This document shows positions 1-12,953 of a stretch of 64,000 bases of DNA, piece by piece. A program made the position numbers and the translations under genes. Position 1 is the first letter of the stretch. Every line of letters starts with the position of its first letter. The DNA is taken from contig MU054187.1 in NCBI GenBank assembly GCA_013239625.1, forward strand, positions 17,538,711 to 17,602,710, given 5' to 3'. The DNA comes from Lama guanicoe (taxonomy: Eukaryota). The notes under the pieces were generated by a model that did not search any database, was not told the DNA's origin, and saw nothing but the letters and a program-made list of their open reading frames with translations.

Positions 1-654
1 CAGATCAAATACATTCGTAAACTTCCACTTTTGCTCCCAACAAAATATAAAAGAAAAATCAGAAACAGAGAAGTCTCTTGCTCCCACTGGGCACTGGAGA
101 CAAATGGGGCTACTGAGAGGGCAGTCTTAATGTTTGAGTGGAAACAGCGGTTCAAGCCAACCACTTCTTTTATGATTTGGGATTTGAAACGTGCTTCCTG
201 AACAAAACCAATAACCCCACCAAGATCTGAGCTATTAACCAGTTCCCTGCCCATAAGAAGAGGTGATTTAAAGTCAGGCATGGCCGGCTGGCCCCAGGCC
301 ACACCCTCTAAATAGGAATAGAGCCAGAAATTGTGCTCTTTGAATTGTAAAAGTGTTGCTAATGTGAGTCTTGATTTGCTCTTCTGGAGCCTAAAGAGCC
401 TGGAACACAACTATTAAACAGTTTCAAAAGGAACCCTCACAATCCAGAGTACATATGGATAAAAAATTCCCATGAAAATTTTCACAAACATAAAACTTTC
501 CAAGTATAAAAGAAAAGTCAGCTTAAGAAAACAAATGCAAAAGATGAAAAAATTCCTTACAGATGATAGAAATCTGAAAACAATGTTAGCATAAGTGCTT
601 TTATAAATCCTCAAAAGATAAAGAAGTACAGGGCCCATAAAGAACAGAGATTTT

Positions 655-849
655 GGGGATTTGGGGATTAGTGGATACAAACTATTATATACAGAATAAA
701 TAAACAAGGTCCTACTGTATAGCACAAGGAACTGTATCTAATAGCTTATAATGAAAAAAATATGAAAAATAATATATATGTATAACTGAATCACTATGCT
801 ATACACCAGAAACTAACAACATTGTTAGTTTACTACATTTCAGTTTTTA
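655..849 (+). mobile_element. 5'-truncated L1 3' end (artiodactyl-type 3'UTR) with TSD
   Basis: L1 3'UTR motifs (aacaaggtcctactgtatagcaca...tataactgaatcact...tacaccagaaactaac). Flanked by aaagaacagagatttt (639-654) and aaagaacagaaatttt (850-865), 15/16 identical. Confidence 0.85.
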
Positions 850-869
850 AAAGAACAGAAATTTTAATA

Positions 870-2670
870 AAAAGCAAGGATAACATAAAGAAATGAGGTA
901 ATTGTGGAAATTAACATACACTTAGTAGAAATTAAAACTCAATATCATGCTAAATAATAACTTCCAAAATACACCTAAGAGAAGCTATAGAAGGAAATGA
1001 TTTAGACAATGTTGTAGAAAAAAATATTTGAAGGGTTTATAGTCAAAGTTTTCCAAAGTACAGGTAAGATATTAGTTCTCAGGTTGAGAAACCCTATAAA
1101 CAGTTTTACCTGTCTGTGATGTGTTGATTTTTAGACACACCACAGTGAAACTGTAAAACATCAAGGATGTATTCTGAAAGCAACCACAAAGAAAATAAAA
1201 TGATTAAAAAGAAGTAACAGTTGGGTTTACAGGAAATTTATTTTATTAAAAAGAGTAGGCATGCTGTAATAAATAACATGTTTAAGTAATGCAGGCAAAG
1301 GATGTGACTCTAAAATTTAATACCAGCAAAACTGTCATTCAGAAATATGAGGTTTACAAAATGCTATTCTCAGCTATATTGAAATCATTCAACATATACC
1401 TTTCCTAAACTGACAGATTCATATTATTAGCAATTATATGAATGAATAATAAAAATTAATAACATAGAATTTTTTCAGGGAAAAAACAAGAACTTTGATC
1501 TAGATATTAAAAGACTATGAAAATTACCAGAATGATCAATAGCAATGCACATTCTAATACCACTAGATTTCAAAGTTAAGCAAACAATCCTTTGGGCATG
1601 TGGGCAAAATGATCAATCACTTGGAGAAGAAAATATCAGATTAGCCTTCAGCACACAGTTGGCAAATCTGAAAGTCTTCAGGGAAAAAAAAATAGTTGAT
1701 CTTAGAATGTTTGGAACTCAATAAAACATCTTTCCATTATAAAGATAATAAACATTTTTGAAGGTTCAAACACTCAGAAAATACATTTATCAGGTTTGGA
1801 GAGATTCCTACAAAACAAAATTTATACTTGATATTCTTTCATTCTATTTAAATGGTGTCTTTCTACTAATTATATGATCAGTTGTTTGCTGTCAGTGTAG
1901 AGAAATGTGATTGATTTCCATATATTAATTTTCTATCCAGTCACTCTTCTAAGCTTTCCCACCATTTCTAATAATTATTAGAACAATCTCTTAGGTTTTT
2001 TTAATGTAAATCATTTCTTCATCAACAAATTAGATCAATACAATAAGCTCAATAGAAAAAATTAATTTAAAAAAAGAAACAGATATTAGGATTCATGAAG
2101 TGAAGATATATACTATTTTTATGAAAAAGAAGAAAATATCTAACCTACAAATTAATCTATAGATTCAATAAAACACCAACTTAAATTTCAACAAGATTTT
2201 TCCATTGAATTTGACAAGGCTATTTTAAAATACATGTGGAAGAATGAGGACCAAAGATAACCAGGATATTTCTGAAGGATGGGGGATTTACCCATCCAGA
2301 TAAAAGGACTTACTGTGCAGTTATAGCAATAGCAATTGAAACACTGTAATACTGATACGTAATATTATAAAAAAAATCTAATTTTATGTATATATATCAT
2401 ACATATAATTAAATGTATATATCCAGCTATATCAATATTTTTTTCATAATAACTTAAAACAAAATAATATAGAGAACCCAGAAAGAGTCCCACATATATA
2501 TGTGATTTTTACATAAAAAGACAATATATTACATTGTTGAGAAAGGAAGGATAACAAATGGAGCTGGAAAAAAATTATGTATAAGTAAAATTATTAAATT
2601 GCAAAAACAAAGTCAAATCAATTTCATGTAGATTAGAGATTTAAATATTTTTAAAAAACGTAAAATTCTT
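870..2670. mobile_element. Degraded old L1 (L1M) ORF1/ORF2 fragments, mixed orientation
   Basis: A-rich L1-like text, e.g. aattaatctatagattcaat, gaatttgacaag, atagagaacccagaaa. A short minus-strand piece lies near 1830-2030. Confidence 0.6.
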
Positions 2671-2675
2671 AATGT

Positions 2676-3066
2676 TGTCTCAGTCTGCTTAACCTATTAT
2701 AACAAAATACCATGGACTAAGGAGTTTAAACAACAGAAATTTATATTCTTACAGTTCTAGAGGCTGGAAGTCTGAGGTCGGGGTGCCAGCATAGTTGGGC
2801 TCTGTGAGAGCTCTCTTTCTGGCTTGCAGATAGCTGCCTTCTTATTATGTTCCCACATAGCAGAGAGAGAGAGAGCATGCGAGAGAGAACAAGCTCTCTG
2901 GTGTTTCATCTTATAAGAGCACTAATCCCATCATGAGAGCCCCTCTAACCTTATCTAAACCAAATTGTCTCCCAGAGACCTAATTTCCAAACACCATCAC
3001 ATTGGAGGTTGGGATTTCCAACATATGAACCTGAGGAATGAGGGGTAAACAATTCAATCCATAGTA
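2676..3066 (-). mobile_element. MaLR solo LTR, MLT1A-like
   Basis: aaacaacagaaattta...acagttctagaggctggaagtc...actaatcccatcatgag...caacatatga...ttcaatccatag matches the reverse complement of MLT1A-type LTRs. Confidence 0.85.
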
Positions 3067-4839
3067 GTGGACAATATAAGTGAGTTTCTTTTAGATCTGA
3101 AATAGAGAAAGACTCCTTAAACAAGAAAGAAAATAATTGACCATAAAGTCTGATATGTTTAATAATATTTTTAAGGACTTTCCTACCAGCTCTGGCTAAA
3201 ACTCCATCTGTACCTTCTTCAGGGATCTCCTCTAACTTAAAGGATTGTTTCCTATGAGACCTAAGGTGGTAGTAATACAAGTCCTCCAGTTTTTCTTTCT
3301 TTCCAAAGGAATTAGAATCCTAAAATCTGGGGATTGTACTGCTGAAAGACTCGGAAGAAGTAAATCAGAATATTGAGATGACAAAGAGGTTTGGGAGAAA
3401 AGAAATGTTCTTGTACCACTCAGAACAGAACCAGAAGGTGCCCACCATTGCATCAGTAGCTCTGAACAACTCTGAGGTTCTGTAACTGGTTTTCTATCTA
3501 GCAACAAGTTGGTTATACCAGATGTCTGCCATCATGAAAGAATTAAAATTTTTTCTCCTTATTCATTTAATTGCTCACTATCTGCCAACTCCACTTCTAA
3601 CAGCTAGGATTCAGTGATGAACGGATTAGAAAAAGTAAGTATTCTCATGAAATTTACATTTTAATAGGGAGTCTGATAATACATAATAGAACAAGTAATT
3701 GACAATTGGGAAGAGATGTCAGTTGCAGATTTGGATTTTTATCCCCTTTTCTTTCCTCACTCCATCAGCATGGATTTTCATGGCCTCTCACATCATTGTA
3801 GCAGACCCAGAAACTCACTTCATGGAAGAGGTCATAAAGTAAAGGCTAAAGGAAAAATCTCATGGCCATAATCAATTAACATTTCATAGCAAAAGACCTA
3901 AAGTAACTGCTATTCAAAAGCTGCTAACGTTATAGAAAAGTAGAATGTTCTATTGAAACAACCTTGGAGGCAAGGAGACTTCCCTTGATAGCTTACATTC
4001 TACTTGCAGTACAAGTTTTGCACCCTGAACCAGTACCCAGTATATAGTACTTTTTCACATGAACAAAATACTCAGTTCTGAGAATTAAGTGATGAAGGTC
4101 CCCTCCCCTACATAGCTTTAAGACCTAAAACCTAAACCTCTGGATCTCTATTGCAGACAAACGCCCTTGGAACAAATGTGGTTTCAGTGCTTACTTAGTA
4201 TTTATAGTCTGTAACTTTGCTTTTGTATTTTTAATTTTGATCCCAAGGGATTTTCCTTGAATTTTTGTGATCATAATTATGCATTTAAAATGTTAATTTT
4301 ATTTAACATTTGGGTGTAAGCTTAGTAGAAGGATTTTTTTAGACTACATACTCAATAATATTGCAAGAAGCAAATGTTCTGAATTTGCAAAACATCAGTA
4401 CAAAATTGTAATATGAGAAGAAAAATAGACTTTGCCTGAAGATGCTGTATGCTATGATAAAAGGATTAGGTATTATTTCTTCAGAGAAGGGAAGAGTATA
4501 TTCTTCATTTTATGTGAAATATTTACATTAAGTTGGAGCATTTTAAAACCAGTAATCAAGTAATTATTAACTAAAATTAAATAGCATTTTCTTATTAAAT
4601 TGAATAGCTAAAAATAATTGTATATTTCAGTACCAGGGTATGTTCAGAAAAATCAGTATTTAATCACTGGTGGTGGGAACTGAAATCTAAATGAAATTTT
4701 AGGAAAAGTAAATGGGAAATCTGTATCAAGAGTCTAGAAATGTGTCCTAAAAATATTATCCAATATATCCAACTAGTTATTTCAAAAATATTTTAACTTA
4801 CATACTATTTATAAGAAGAAATTTGGAAATTAATTCATA

Positions 4840-5000
4840 ATTCACCCAGTAAATACTTGTTGAGTGCTTATGATGAGTCATTATTAAGTGCCTACAAAAA
4901 TATCATGCTCTTGGTCTCTAGGAGCTTACAAGGGGAGGCAGGGCAGACAATGAAAAAATAAACATGATATAGAGGTTATGGCAATGAGTACTATGAAGAA
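4840..5000 (-). mobile_element. L2 3' end fragment
   Basis: aaatacttgttgagtgctta...ggagcttaca...ggcagacaat is a typical reverse L2 tail. Confidence 0.6.
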
Positions 5001-7334
5001 GGATCCTGTTCCATATATATGTATGTTTTTTTAAACTGTGAAATATGCTTTTTCAAACTGCAAAGAATCCTAAAAGGCAGGGGGAAACCAAGTTACCTTC
5101 CCTGGAAGACTTCCCCACAGAGGGCTGCTTTGCTTTCTAGTCTTCTCACCACAATAAAAGAGGAAGAAACAAAGCAACTGAGGACATAATTTCTAGACAG
5201 AAGATGTGAAGATACCCTATTATTTTCTCTCCTACTGAGCTGGGTACAATCCAGACTGCTTTATTAGGTACGGTTACTCAAATAAAAACAATTAAGACAA
5301 TCAGCCCTGTGAAACTTTCCTTACAAAAATGTAAGCCTGTTGAAGATAACAGGAAGCAGGCTAGCTTCTGCTTTTGTACTTCACTGCGAACTGAAGATAC
5401 GTGACTCATTCAGGTTCCTTAGATATTGTTATTACTGGCTTAGTTAAAGAACAATAAACTTACATTCTTAAATCCAGATTTATCTTTCCTAATGAATGTG
5501 AGTCATTAGAATGGTTTATATCTAGAAAGATTTTCTTTGAGAATTTTAAAAGCCACAGAAGTAATTTGCTATTATAATTATAATGCAATCCCCTTTAAAA
5601 TTGGGAAATGTTGTAAAATAAAAATAAGATCTTAATGTAGAATTTGCAAGTCATTTGCATTTCAATCCTGTGGGAAAGGCATGGCAGTTTTATTTTGCTC
5701 ATTTTGTGGAATTATGTGACAATTATATACAAAATTATATATACGCCACAATAAAATTATATAGACAGGTAACAAAGGTCAAAGTTGGTCTTGAACCCAT
5801 GTCTTCTGCTTGTAAAGCTATCTTTTTTTTTTTTTTGCCAAAAATCAATCTTGAGATGACTTAAATATCATATTTCTTATCAAGTACAACAGAAAATTCT
5901 CCTTTGAAGGCCTCTAAAAATGGAGTTGTCTCATTTATTATTAGGTTAATCATAAAGTGAGGGGTGAAGGAGGTAGATGGTAGATGAGAAAAAGTTTAGA
6001 GAAGCTTCCTTTTAACCCAAGAGAAGTTATCATTTTGACAGCTTCGAAGTGGAGCTGAAATAAAATTAAGCGGAGCTGATAAAAGTCACAAGAGTCCAAA
6101 AACCAACCAACAATAATAACAAAATTATTAATAACAAATGGAATACAATCTTGTTAAAAAAAAAGACTAGAGTGCCTCATGTTTTGAAATGCACATAAGA
6201 TGGCCAACCTTATTTTGAAAATAATGTGTTTATTTCAATAAAATTGAGTATGCTTTCCACACACATTCGTATATTCATCTGAAATTATTGAAACAAAGAA
6301 GGAACTTTTGTACATCTTTTATCTTCCTATTAATCAGTTATTAACTAATTGCTTTTGCAAAAATAGATGGCATGTAAAATACTTTGCATATAAACAATAA
6401 AATTTTAGGGAACAGCGTGTTTTATATAAAAACACCACTATAACAGTAGCTTAAGCCAAATAACATATTTGAATGATTTTGTGAACTTCTAATGAATTAT
6501 TTAATTCCAGTGGTGACATTGCCAAAAGCTTTAGCAGAGAAACATCAATTTCTAGGACATATTTATTATTTATTGGAAAATTTTCCCAAATGTTATAAAC
6601 TGCATCCTTATAATTACATTCAACAAAATTTATAGAATGTGGACTATTTGCCAAACATTATACTAAGAACTAGTGACTTAAGGGAGAAGTGTCATCAATA
6701 GTTAATAATTACCACTAATGATTAATTAGCAATTATTTTATACCTGTAGGCACTTGACACTATATGTAATGATCCTTCTTTCCTCAATTAGGTTAGAATT
6801 ACAGAGTGAAAATAAAGTGAGTCTGCAACCAAGATTCAGTTAACTGCTTTCTAGTGTACTATTTAAGTGAAGTTAGTTTGTGTTCTTTTATGTTTAGTAC
6901 TGATTATGAATTATACAAATGGTTTTGCTAGACAGCTTATACAAAATAAGATTTCTTCAAGTAGGAAACATATAAATGAACATAAATGGTGCCTCTTGCA
7001 TTCCATATTCTAGTTATCAAAACCTGTACAAATTACATGACCTCCATTAGTTTCTGTTTCTTTGTTCCTAGCATAGGTTTCATACCTTTGTGAAGAGAAA
7101 AGCACACCAAACTGAATTCTATTTTTCAAATAAAACTTTCCATCTGATAAGAAAAAAAGAAAATATTTTCACACTTGGAGATGAAAAGAGACACAATTTG
7201 GCAGAAATAGGAGCTGGGAAAATTGTCATACATGAAGAAAAATTCTTGAACTACAAGTCAGAGAGACACAATAAGATAATGTGATAAATACTAGTGAGGG
7301 ACCAGAAGTCCTTCGTCAATGACAGAAACACCCT

Positions 7335-7445
7335 ATATCTGTGCTTCCAGCACAAGAGCCACTAATTGGTATGTTGCTATTGAGAAACTGAAATTTGGCT
7401 AGGACCATTGGATAACTAAATTTTTAATTTATTTTATTTTGATTA
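7335..7445. mobile_element. hAT-Charlie MITE fragment (MER3/MER33-like)
   Basis: agccacta...gctattgag.aactgaaatttggctag...aactaaatttttaatttattttatttt. Confidence 0.5.
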
Positions 7446-7649
7446 ATGTCATTATAAATAAGAAAAACTAATGCTCTATGAAGTTATTAGAAAATATTTA
7501 AGAATTGAGTATTAAAATTTTTATCTTAGTCATTTCAGTATTCCCTCCTCCCATCATTTCTGTTATATCTGTTACATTGATATTACGGAGGGACTGACAG
7601 TCAAGATGTTGGAGCAGAAGTATCTTATATTTACAAACATATATATACA

Positions 7650-7879
7650 CAATTGACCCTTGAACAACTGTTCGAACTGCAGGATCCACTTATAATCAGA
7701 TTTTTTTTCAATAGTAAATACTACAGTACTACATAATCTGAGGTTGGTTGAATCCACTAATGGGTAACTGGAGATAGGGAGGAACCACAACCGGAGGACC
7801 ATCTACAAATTATGCATGGAATTTTTGACCATGATGAGGGTGAGCACCCCTAGCCCCTGAGTAGTTCATGGGTCAGCTG
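7650..7879. mobile_element. Tigger2-derived MITE (MER8/Tigger2a-like)
   Basis: Terminal inverted repeats caattgacccttgaacaac (7650-7668) and gtagttcatgggtcagctg (7861-7879), followed by TA. Confidence 0.8.
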
Positions 7880-8176
7880 TATATATCTGTAAGGCGTCCT
7901 TTCCTTTAAGATGTCTGCGTTTGCCTCTGTGCCTCAGGTATCAACCCACTCACCAGTGCTCTATTGCCCAGACTCCTTCTAGGTTGTACTCTGAGGCTGC
8001 TTTCTCTCAGGGATTTCTGTGTCATTTACAGCTACACAGCACACTTTCTGAAGCTTATGGGCCACGCTGGGCTGTGGGTAATTCTGGGGAACTGACTATG
8101 GTTACTTGCTACTTAGATATACTACACAATTTTTTCTTTATGCTTATAAATCTGGGTATCTCTGTCTATGACACAA

Positions 8177-8340
8177 CTGGGTTCAAATCCTGATTTCACA
8201 CTTAACTAGCTATGTGACTGGCAAATTGAATAAATTTTCTGTATCTGAGTTTATCTTTATAAGAGAATAACAATAATACATATCTGATAGGCTGGTTTTT
8301 AAGGATTTAAAAAGTTAAAAAAAAAAACCTATAAAGCTTT
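8177..8340 (+). mobile_element. MIR SINE
   Basis: ctgggttcaaatcc...actagctatgtgac...ggattt core. Confidence 0.7.
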
Positions 8341-8696
8341 TTGAGGTGTAACCAATACACTGAATCTCTCGACAATTGTCAGCTCTCACATTTGTTCCCA
8401 ACACCCTAAGTTACATGGAATAACAAGTTATTTTTGAGTGTTTGAGATTCTTGGTTAAGTTTGTTTGTTTATTTCATTCCACTATAGGAAGTATTGCTCA
8501 GATTCATCTACATAGGATGCAAATCAATTCTGCCTGTGATTACTCTGTGTCAGAATGAAAGTCATCAGTCACTCACACACACACATCAACAGCCAATCTT
8601 CTAAAAGGCATAAAATTGCAATTATAAGGATAATATTTAATATTCTTCAGCTTCTTGCTGAAAAATTTCTGTTGCTTTATTATCTGCTTTATTTCA

Positions 8697-8970
8697 TGTG
8701 GCAGTTACTATAGGTTACCTGACTCAACTTCTGTTTCCAGCCCCTTTTTCCCTTGTCTGACTTCACTATGGAGGATGTAAAAGCCAACAATTCAAATCAC
8801 CAGGTTTCCTTTCAGCAAGAGAATAAGCCATGTGACTTAGTACAGGACAAAGAGAAGTACACAGAACTCTCCTGATTTTGTTTCTTCTTCGTCTTCATTT
8901 TTGCTTGTTGGAAGGAAAACAGCTGAAGTGCTGCAGTGTCAGGCAACTATTCTATGACCGTAAAGAAAAA
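8697..8970 (+). mobile_element. Old MaLR LTR fragment (MLT1J/K-like)
   Basis: Starts tgtggcag and contains gccatgtgacttagt. Confidence 0.45.
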
Positions 8971-8976
8971 GCCTTC

Positions 8977-9550
8977 TGATTTCTCAAGCAATTTGTTTAC
9001 AATGAGAAATGAGGGATAAATAGTAAGAAACATAAGCCTATGCAATGGATGCAAGGCAGGACAAATACAGTGATAAAAATAAAATCTTCCTATTCTCCAA
9101 ATTCAAGACAAGATTGTTCTCTGGCCATTGCCCCAAGCTGTGAATTATCAGAACTGACTTTAAATCTACCCTATCCAAATGTGACCCCGCTTTTGTTTCA
9201 GTAACAATGCCTCTGGACACCAACCAATCAGCAACAGGGAGACTTCCTAGAGCCAATCCACAACAGCCTCGTTCCAAAGCTTACACTTCAGAAAGTCAGT
9301 CAGCTGCACCCGCATTCAGAAAACATGCTTCCGCAGCTGACAGCCAGCCAATGCCTGAACATTTATGCTTCTGAAAGTTCTCCACTTTCAAAACTCTTTG
9401 TTCCCTAAAACCCTATATAAGATCAGCATTTTCTTTAAGAGACACTGTGTTTTGAAATTGCAACTCTCCCTTTCTTGGCAAGGAATAAACTATGCTTTTT
9501 AGGTTTTTTTGTTTGTTTGTTTCAGATATTGAGTAGTGTCTTATTTTGAT
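8977..9550 (+). mobile_element. ERV solo LTR
   Basis: U3-R-U5 order: CCAAT boxes (9224 and two downstream), TATATAA 9414-9420, AATAAA 9484-9489, LTR-like end gtcttattttga. Confidence 0.6.
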
Positions 9551-9569
9551 TGTAATTTTAAAGTAAGAG

Positions 9570-10600
9570 AGAATTATTGGAGGAAGATAAAACTGAGAGA
9601 ATCACTAGCAGCCAGATGATAGAGGTACTTCTTGGCCAACTTTTATTAACTTTTAGCTCTGTACCAGGATTAATGAGGAGCTGCTGAAGGACTGCCAGTT
9701 GGTATGGAGCAACTATTAGGATAAAATGTACATTTATAAAATGTTATTTTAGCTTCAGAGTAAATATGGAATTGGAGACATTCACTGGAGGCAATTCCAC
9801 AGATACATCAGTAACCATTTAGGAAAGAATGATTGCATCTTGGATTAGTGAGATATTGGTGGTGATGGAGAAATGTTACAGATTTGAGAAGTTAGTTACA
9901 AAGTAAAATAAAGACTTACAAATAGATTAAAGAAAGGATGTGAGGGAGATGAAGGTGTTATGGATGAATTCTTGTTCTGGGGCTTTTGCTACTAAATGGA
10001 CTAGTGGTCATTCACCAAGATTGTGGTCAATAGAAAAGAATTAGTTTGGGAGCAGGAAAAGAAGATCACAAACATATTCTGGATATAAGGAGCTTGCAAT
10101 GTCTTTTAAATACCTATGAGAAGATTTCAAGGAACCATCATAGAAAACATGAGCCTGGAGCTCAGAAAAGAGATCTAGGCTGAGAAGTCAAAGGTAGAGT
10201 CGTATACTTATGGAACACCGCATATTTGTGACTTAAAAGAAGATGCATCTGAAAAGGAGACAGAGAAGAAATATAGAAGTAACAGACAAAGAGGACAAAA
10301 AACTAAAGAGTGTGGGGTCATGAAAGCCAAATAGTCTCTCAAGAAGGAAGCAGTCAATAATGTTGAATGCTGCTGAGAGGTCACATAAGATAAAACTTGC
10401 AAAAATGGCCCAAGGAGTTAGTGATCTGAAGGTCACTGGTGACCTCAGCAAGAGCTATTTTGCTGGAGTGATAGGAAAAGGAACCAGATTGGAGTTAAAG
10501 AAATGGGAGTTGAGGAAATGGAAACGAAAAACCACAAGGTAGCCAATCATGTTAACACATTTCAGTGGGAAGAACAAGGACTGTCTAGGGAGACAACAGG
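9570..10600 (-). mobile_element. L2 LINE fragment including reverse-transcriptase remnant
   Basis: ORF 10233-10451(-) reads ILCDLSAAFNIIDCFLLERLFGFHD, matching the L2/CR1 RT motif LLDLSAAFDTVDH. GVP follows in the adjacent frame. Confidence 0.85.
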
Positions 10601-10794
10601 AAAGGAAACAAGGAGAGGTTTTTTTTTTGGGGGGGGGTAAGGTTTTTAGTGAGAAACTCCTAGTATATAAAAAGCATCAAACTTGCATTTTCAGTAAACT
10701 CTGCTTTCTATTAATAGTTACATGCTAGCAAATTCTCATAGGCATGATGTTTCAAATATAGATTCCTCTAAATGGTACATTATAGACTCCAACT

Positions 10795-10870
10795 TTTTTG
10801 TATATATTATATATATATATATTTATTGAAGTATACTCTGTTTACAATGTTGTGTCAATTTCTGATGTAC
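10795..10870 (-). mobile_element. Very short L1 3' end with (TA)n-expanded tail
   Basis: tttattgaagtata...tttacaatgttgtgtcaatttctgatgtac is a reverse L1 terminus. Confidence 0.65.
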
Positions 10871-11999
10871 TTAAATTGACGCAGTTCACATCCAACTAGA
10901 ATTATAATGAAAGAGTAGCCAACTTCAGTTTTTGTACCTTAGTGTATTTTAAAGTTTTGTTAGCCTATCTAGTTCATAATGTTTTATATCTTAATAAACT
11001 TTTTCTGTTATTTTTTGCTGTTAGAGCTTCCATTAATAATTACATAAAGAAAAGATTTCTGTTAGCAGGGGAGAGCTGCATTTAAACACATGGCTTAGCA
11101 TGAGATAACCAGAAAGAAAATTGTAAAGTGAGCTTAAAAGAGACAGGCTTGTTATCTTGTTTTTTAAAAATTTTTTCTTGACAGCATTGTTCAGTGGTCA
11201 TATTGCTATTCTGTGGAAATGTTAGCTAGAGCAAATAATTGCTTTTGAGGCAGAATATAATTCTACCACAGTTCAAAGGCTATCTTATAAAGATGCCATA
11301 AATTTACAAGCTGGTAGATAGTGAAAGGAGATTCGATGAATATATAAAATTAAGACCTGAAGAGAGAATAAAGATTCAATGTTGACTTGCATAACTAACT
11401 GGGAAGAAAGGGCCACTAAAAGTTTAGACACAGAAAAATGTTCATCATCACATTTGCGTGACCAGAATGCTTCCCCAAGGTAATGAATGGAGGAATCAAC
11501 AAATACAGCTGACTGACCAAGGAGTTGCGTCAGTTCAGTGAGAGGTCATTGTAATGTGTGATTGTGAACACTTTGCCAAAAACATCTGAAGTTCTCCTTT
11601 GAGTAAACAAGTGTGTCAACACAAAGAAAACTGCAAAAATCCCTTTTCCTACTGGCTTTGATCCAGTGAAGTAAACAAGATCAAGAGTGCCAGAAATTCA
11701 GGGAAGGATTTTATAACATTCTCAAGCCTTTCAATCCTGTCAGAGTTTAAAGAGAAAATTGTATCACACAATTGAAGCTTCCCAACTGGGCTGCCACCAC
11801 TGTTGCTAAACCTTAAGGATCCACCAGCAGGGCGCTTTCAACTGGGAAATTAGAGCAGAAAGCCACTGGTTATCTTCTCCTGTTTCAGACGTGGTGCAAA
11901 TGTGTCTAACTCCACACAGAAGTGTGAATCCCTGAACTCTGCTGCCGTTATTCACTGCTTTCTCATTTTCTAAGTTAATTAATGATAAAACCAATATCT

Positions 12000-12205
12000 A
12001 ATATTTACTGCACATTCACTATGTGCCACTGACTGGGCTGTTTCCTTTCTAAATATCATCTCATTCATTCTCCTAAACAAATTCTGAAGTTGATAATATG
12101 ATTTTTCCTGCTAGGAGACTGAACCACAATAAGTATATCTTAAAGTTCATACAGACAGAAATATGAGTGAACAGGAATTTAAACTCAGGGAGTTTAGTTC
12201 CAGTA
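12000..12205 (-). mobile_element. MIR SINE
   Basis: atttactg...actatgtgcca...atctcatt...ggagactga...ggaatttaaactcagg. Confidence 0.65.
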
Positions 12206-12821
12206 CAGAGACATTAAATTTAAAATAAATTTTTAGGTATGTTTATAGATGAAATTAATTTAATATATAAGTTTATCTTATAGCAATATTCCTTTTCATA
12301 TGGAATTATATTGAGCATTTTTTTCAAAATTTTTAATACTTAAGATTTAATTCCATTAATGTTATTACATATTTATTCTAACCTGTCAATATTTTGTTTT
12401 GATTAATTTATATAAATATTGTGTTTCTTTGATTTTATGACTATAAACATATTTAATCTTCATTTTATTTCACCATTTATACTTCCAGCGTTTTGGTTTT
12501 TTAACTTTAAGTTTTATGTTTAAAATAAGCTTATTATATTTTTGATCTCCCTTTAACATTTACAATAACTTTTATGAGTCTTTCTTTCAAAATAGCAGAC
12601 TAAATGTCTTAAAAGTTGTCTTTATAACAAGAATAAAATGGAGTAAACATCTATTAAAAGTCATTGTTACAGTGATACAAAAATAAGGATAATTTCTTGT
12701 GAATAAAAATTAAGAAACAATAGAAATCAGAATATGAGACTGAAATTCTACTTCTGTGTTTCCTGAGAGTGTTTATTGATCCCCCAAACCAGTGGGATTA
12801 AACATTAAAAGTCCAAGATCA

Positions 12822-12953
12822 GGGGTTGGTATAGTTCAGTGGTAGAGTGCGTGCTTAGCATGAATGAGGTCCTGGGTTCAATCCCCAGTACCTCCACTAA
12901 AAATTACTTACTTAATTAATTAATTATAATAAATTATTTAAATTAACATTTTC
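12822..12953 (+). mobile_element. tRNA-Ala(AGC)-derived SINE, camelid Vic-1-like
   Basis: Head ggtatagttcagtggtagagtgcgtgcttagcatgaatgaggtcctgggttcaatccccagtacctcca, then an AT-rich tail. TSD ttaaaagtccaagatc (12805-12820) / ttaaaagtccaatatc (12954-12969). Confidence 0.9.

Noticed and set aside
11821..11836. CTCF-like ccaccagcagggcgct
   Set aside because: Spacing is off by one base relative to CCASYAGRKGGCRS, giving several core mismatches.
12822..12896. Functional tRNA-Ala gene
   Set aside because: It has a 5' extension, substitutions in the stems, an AT-rich tail and a TSD, which mark it as a SINE copy.
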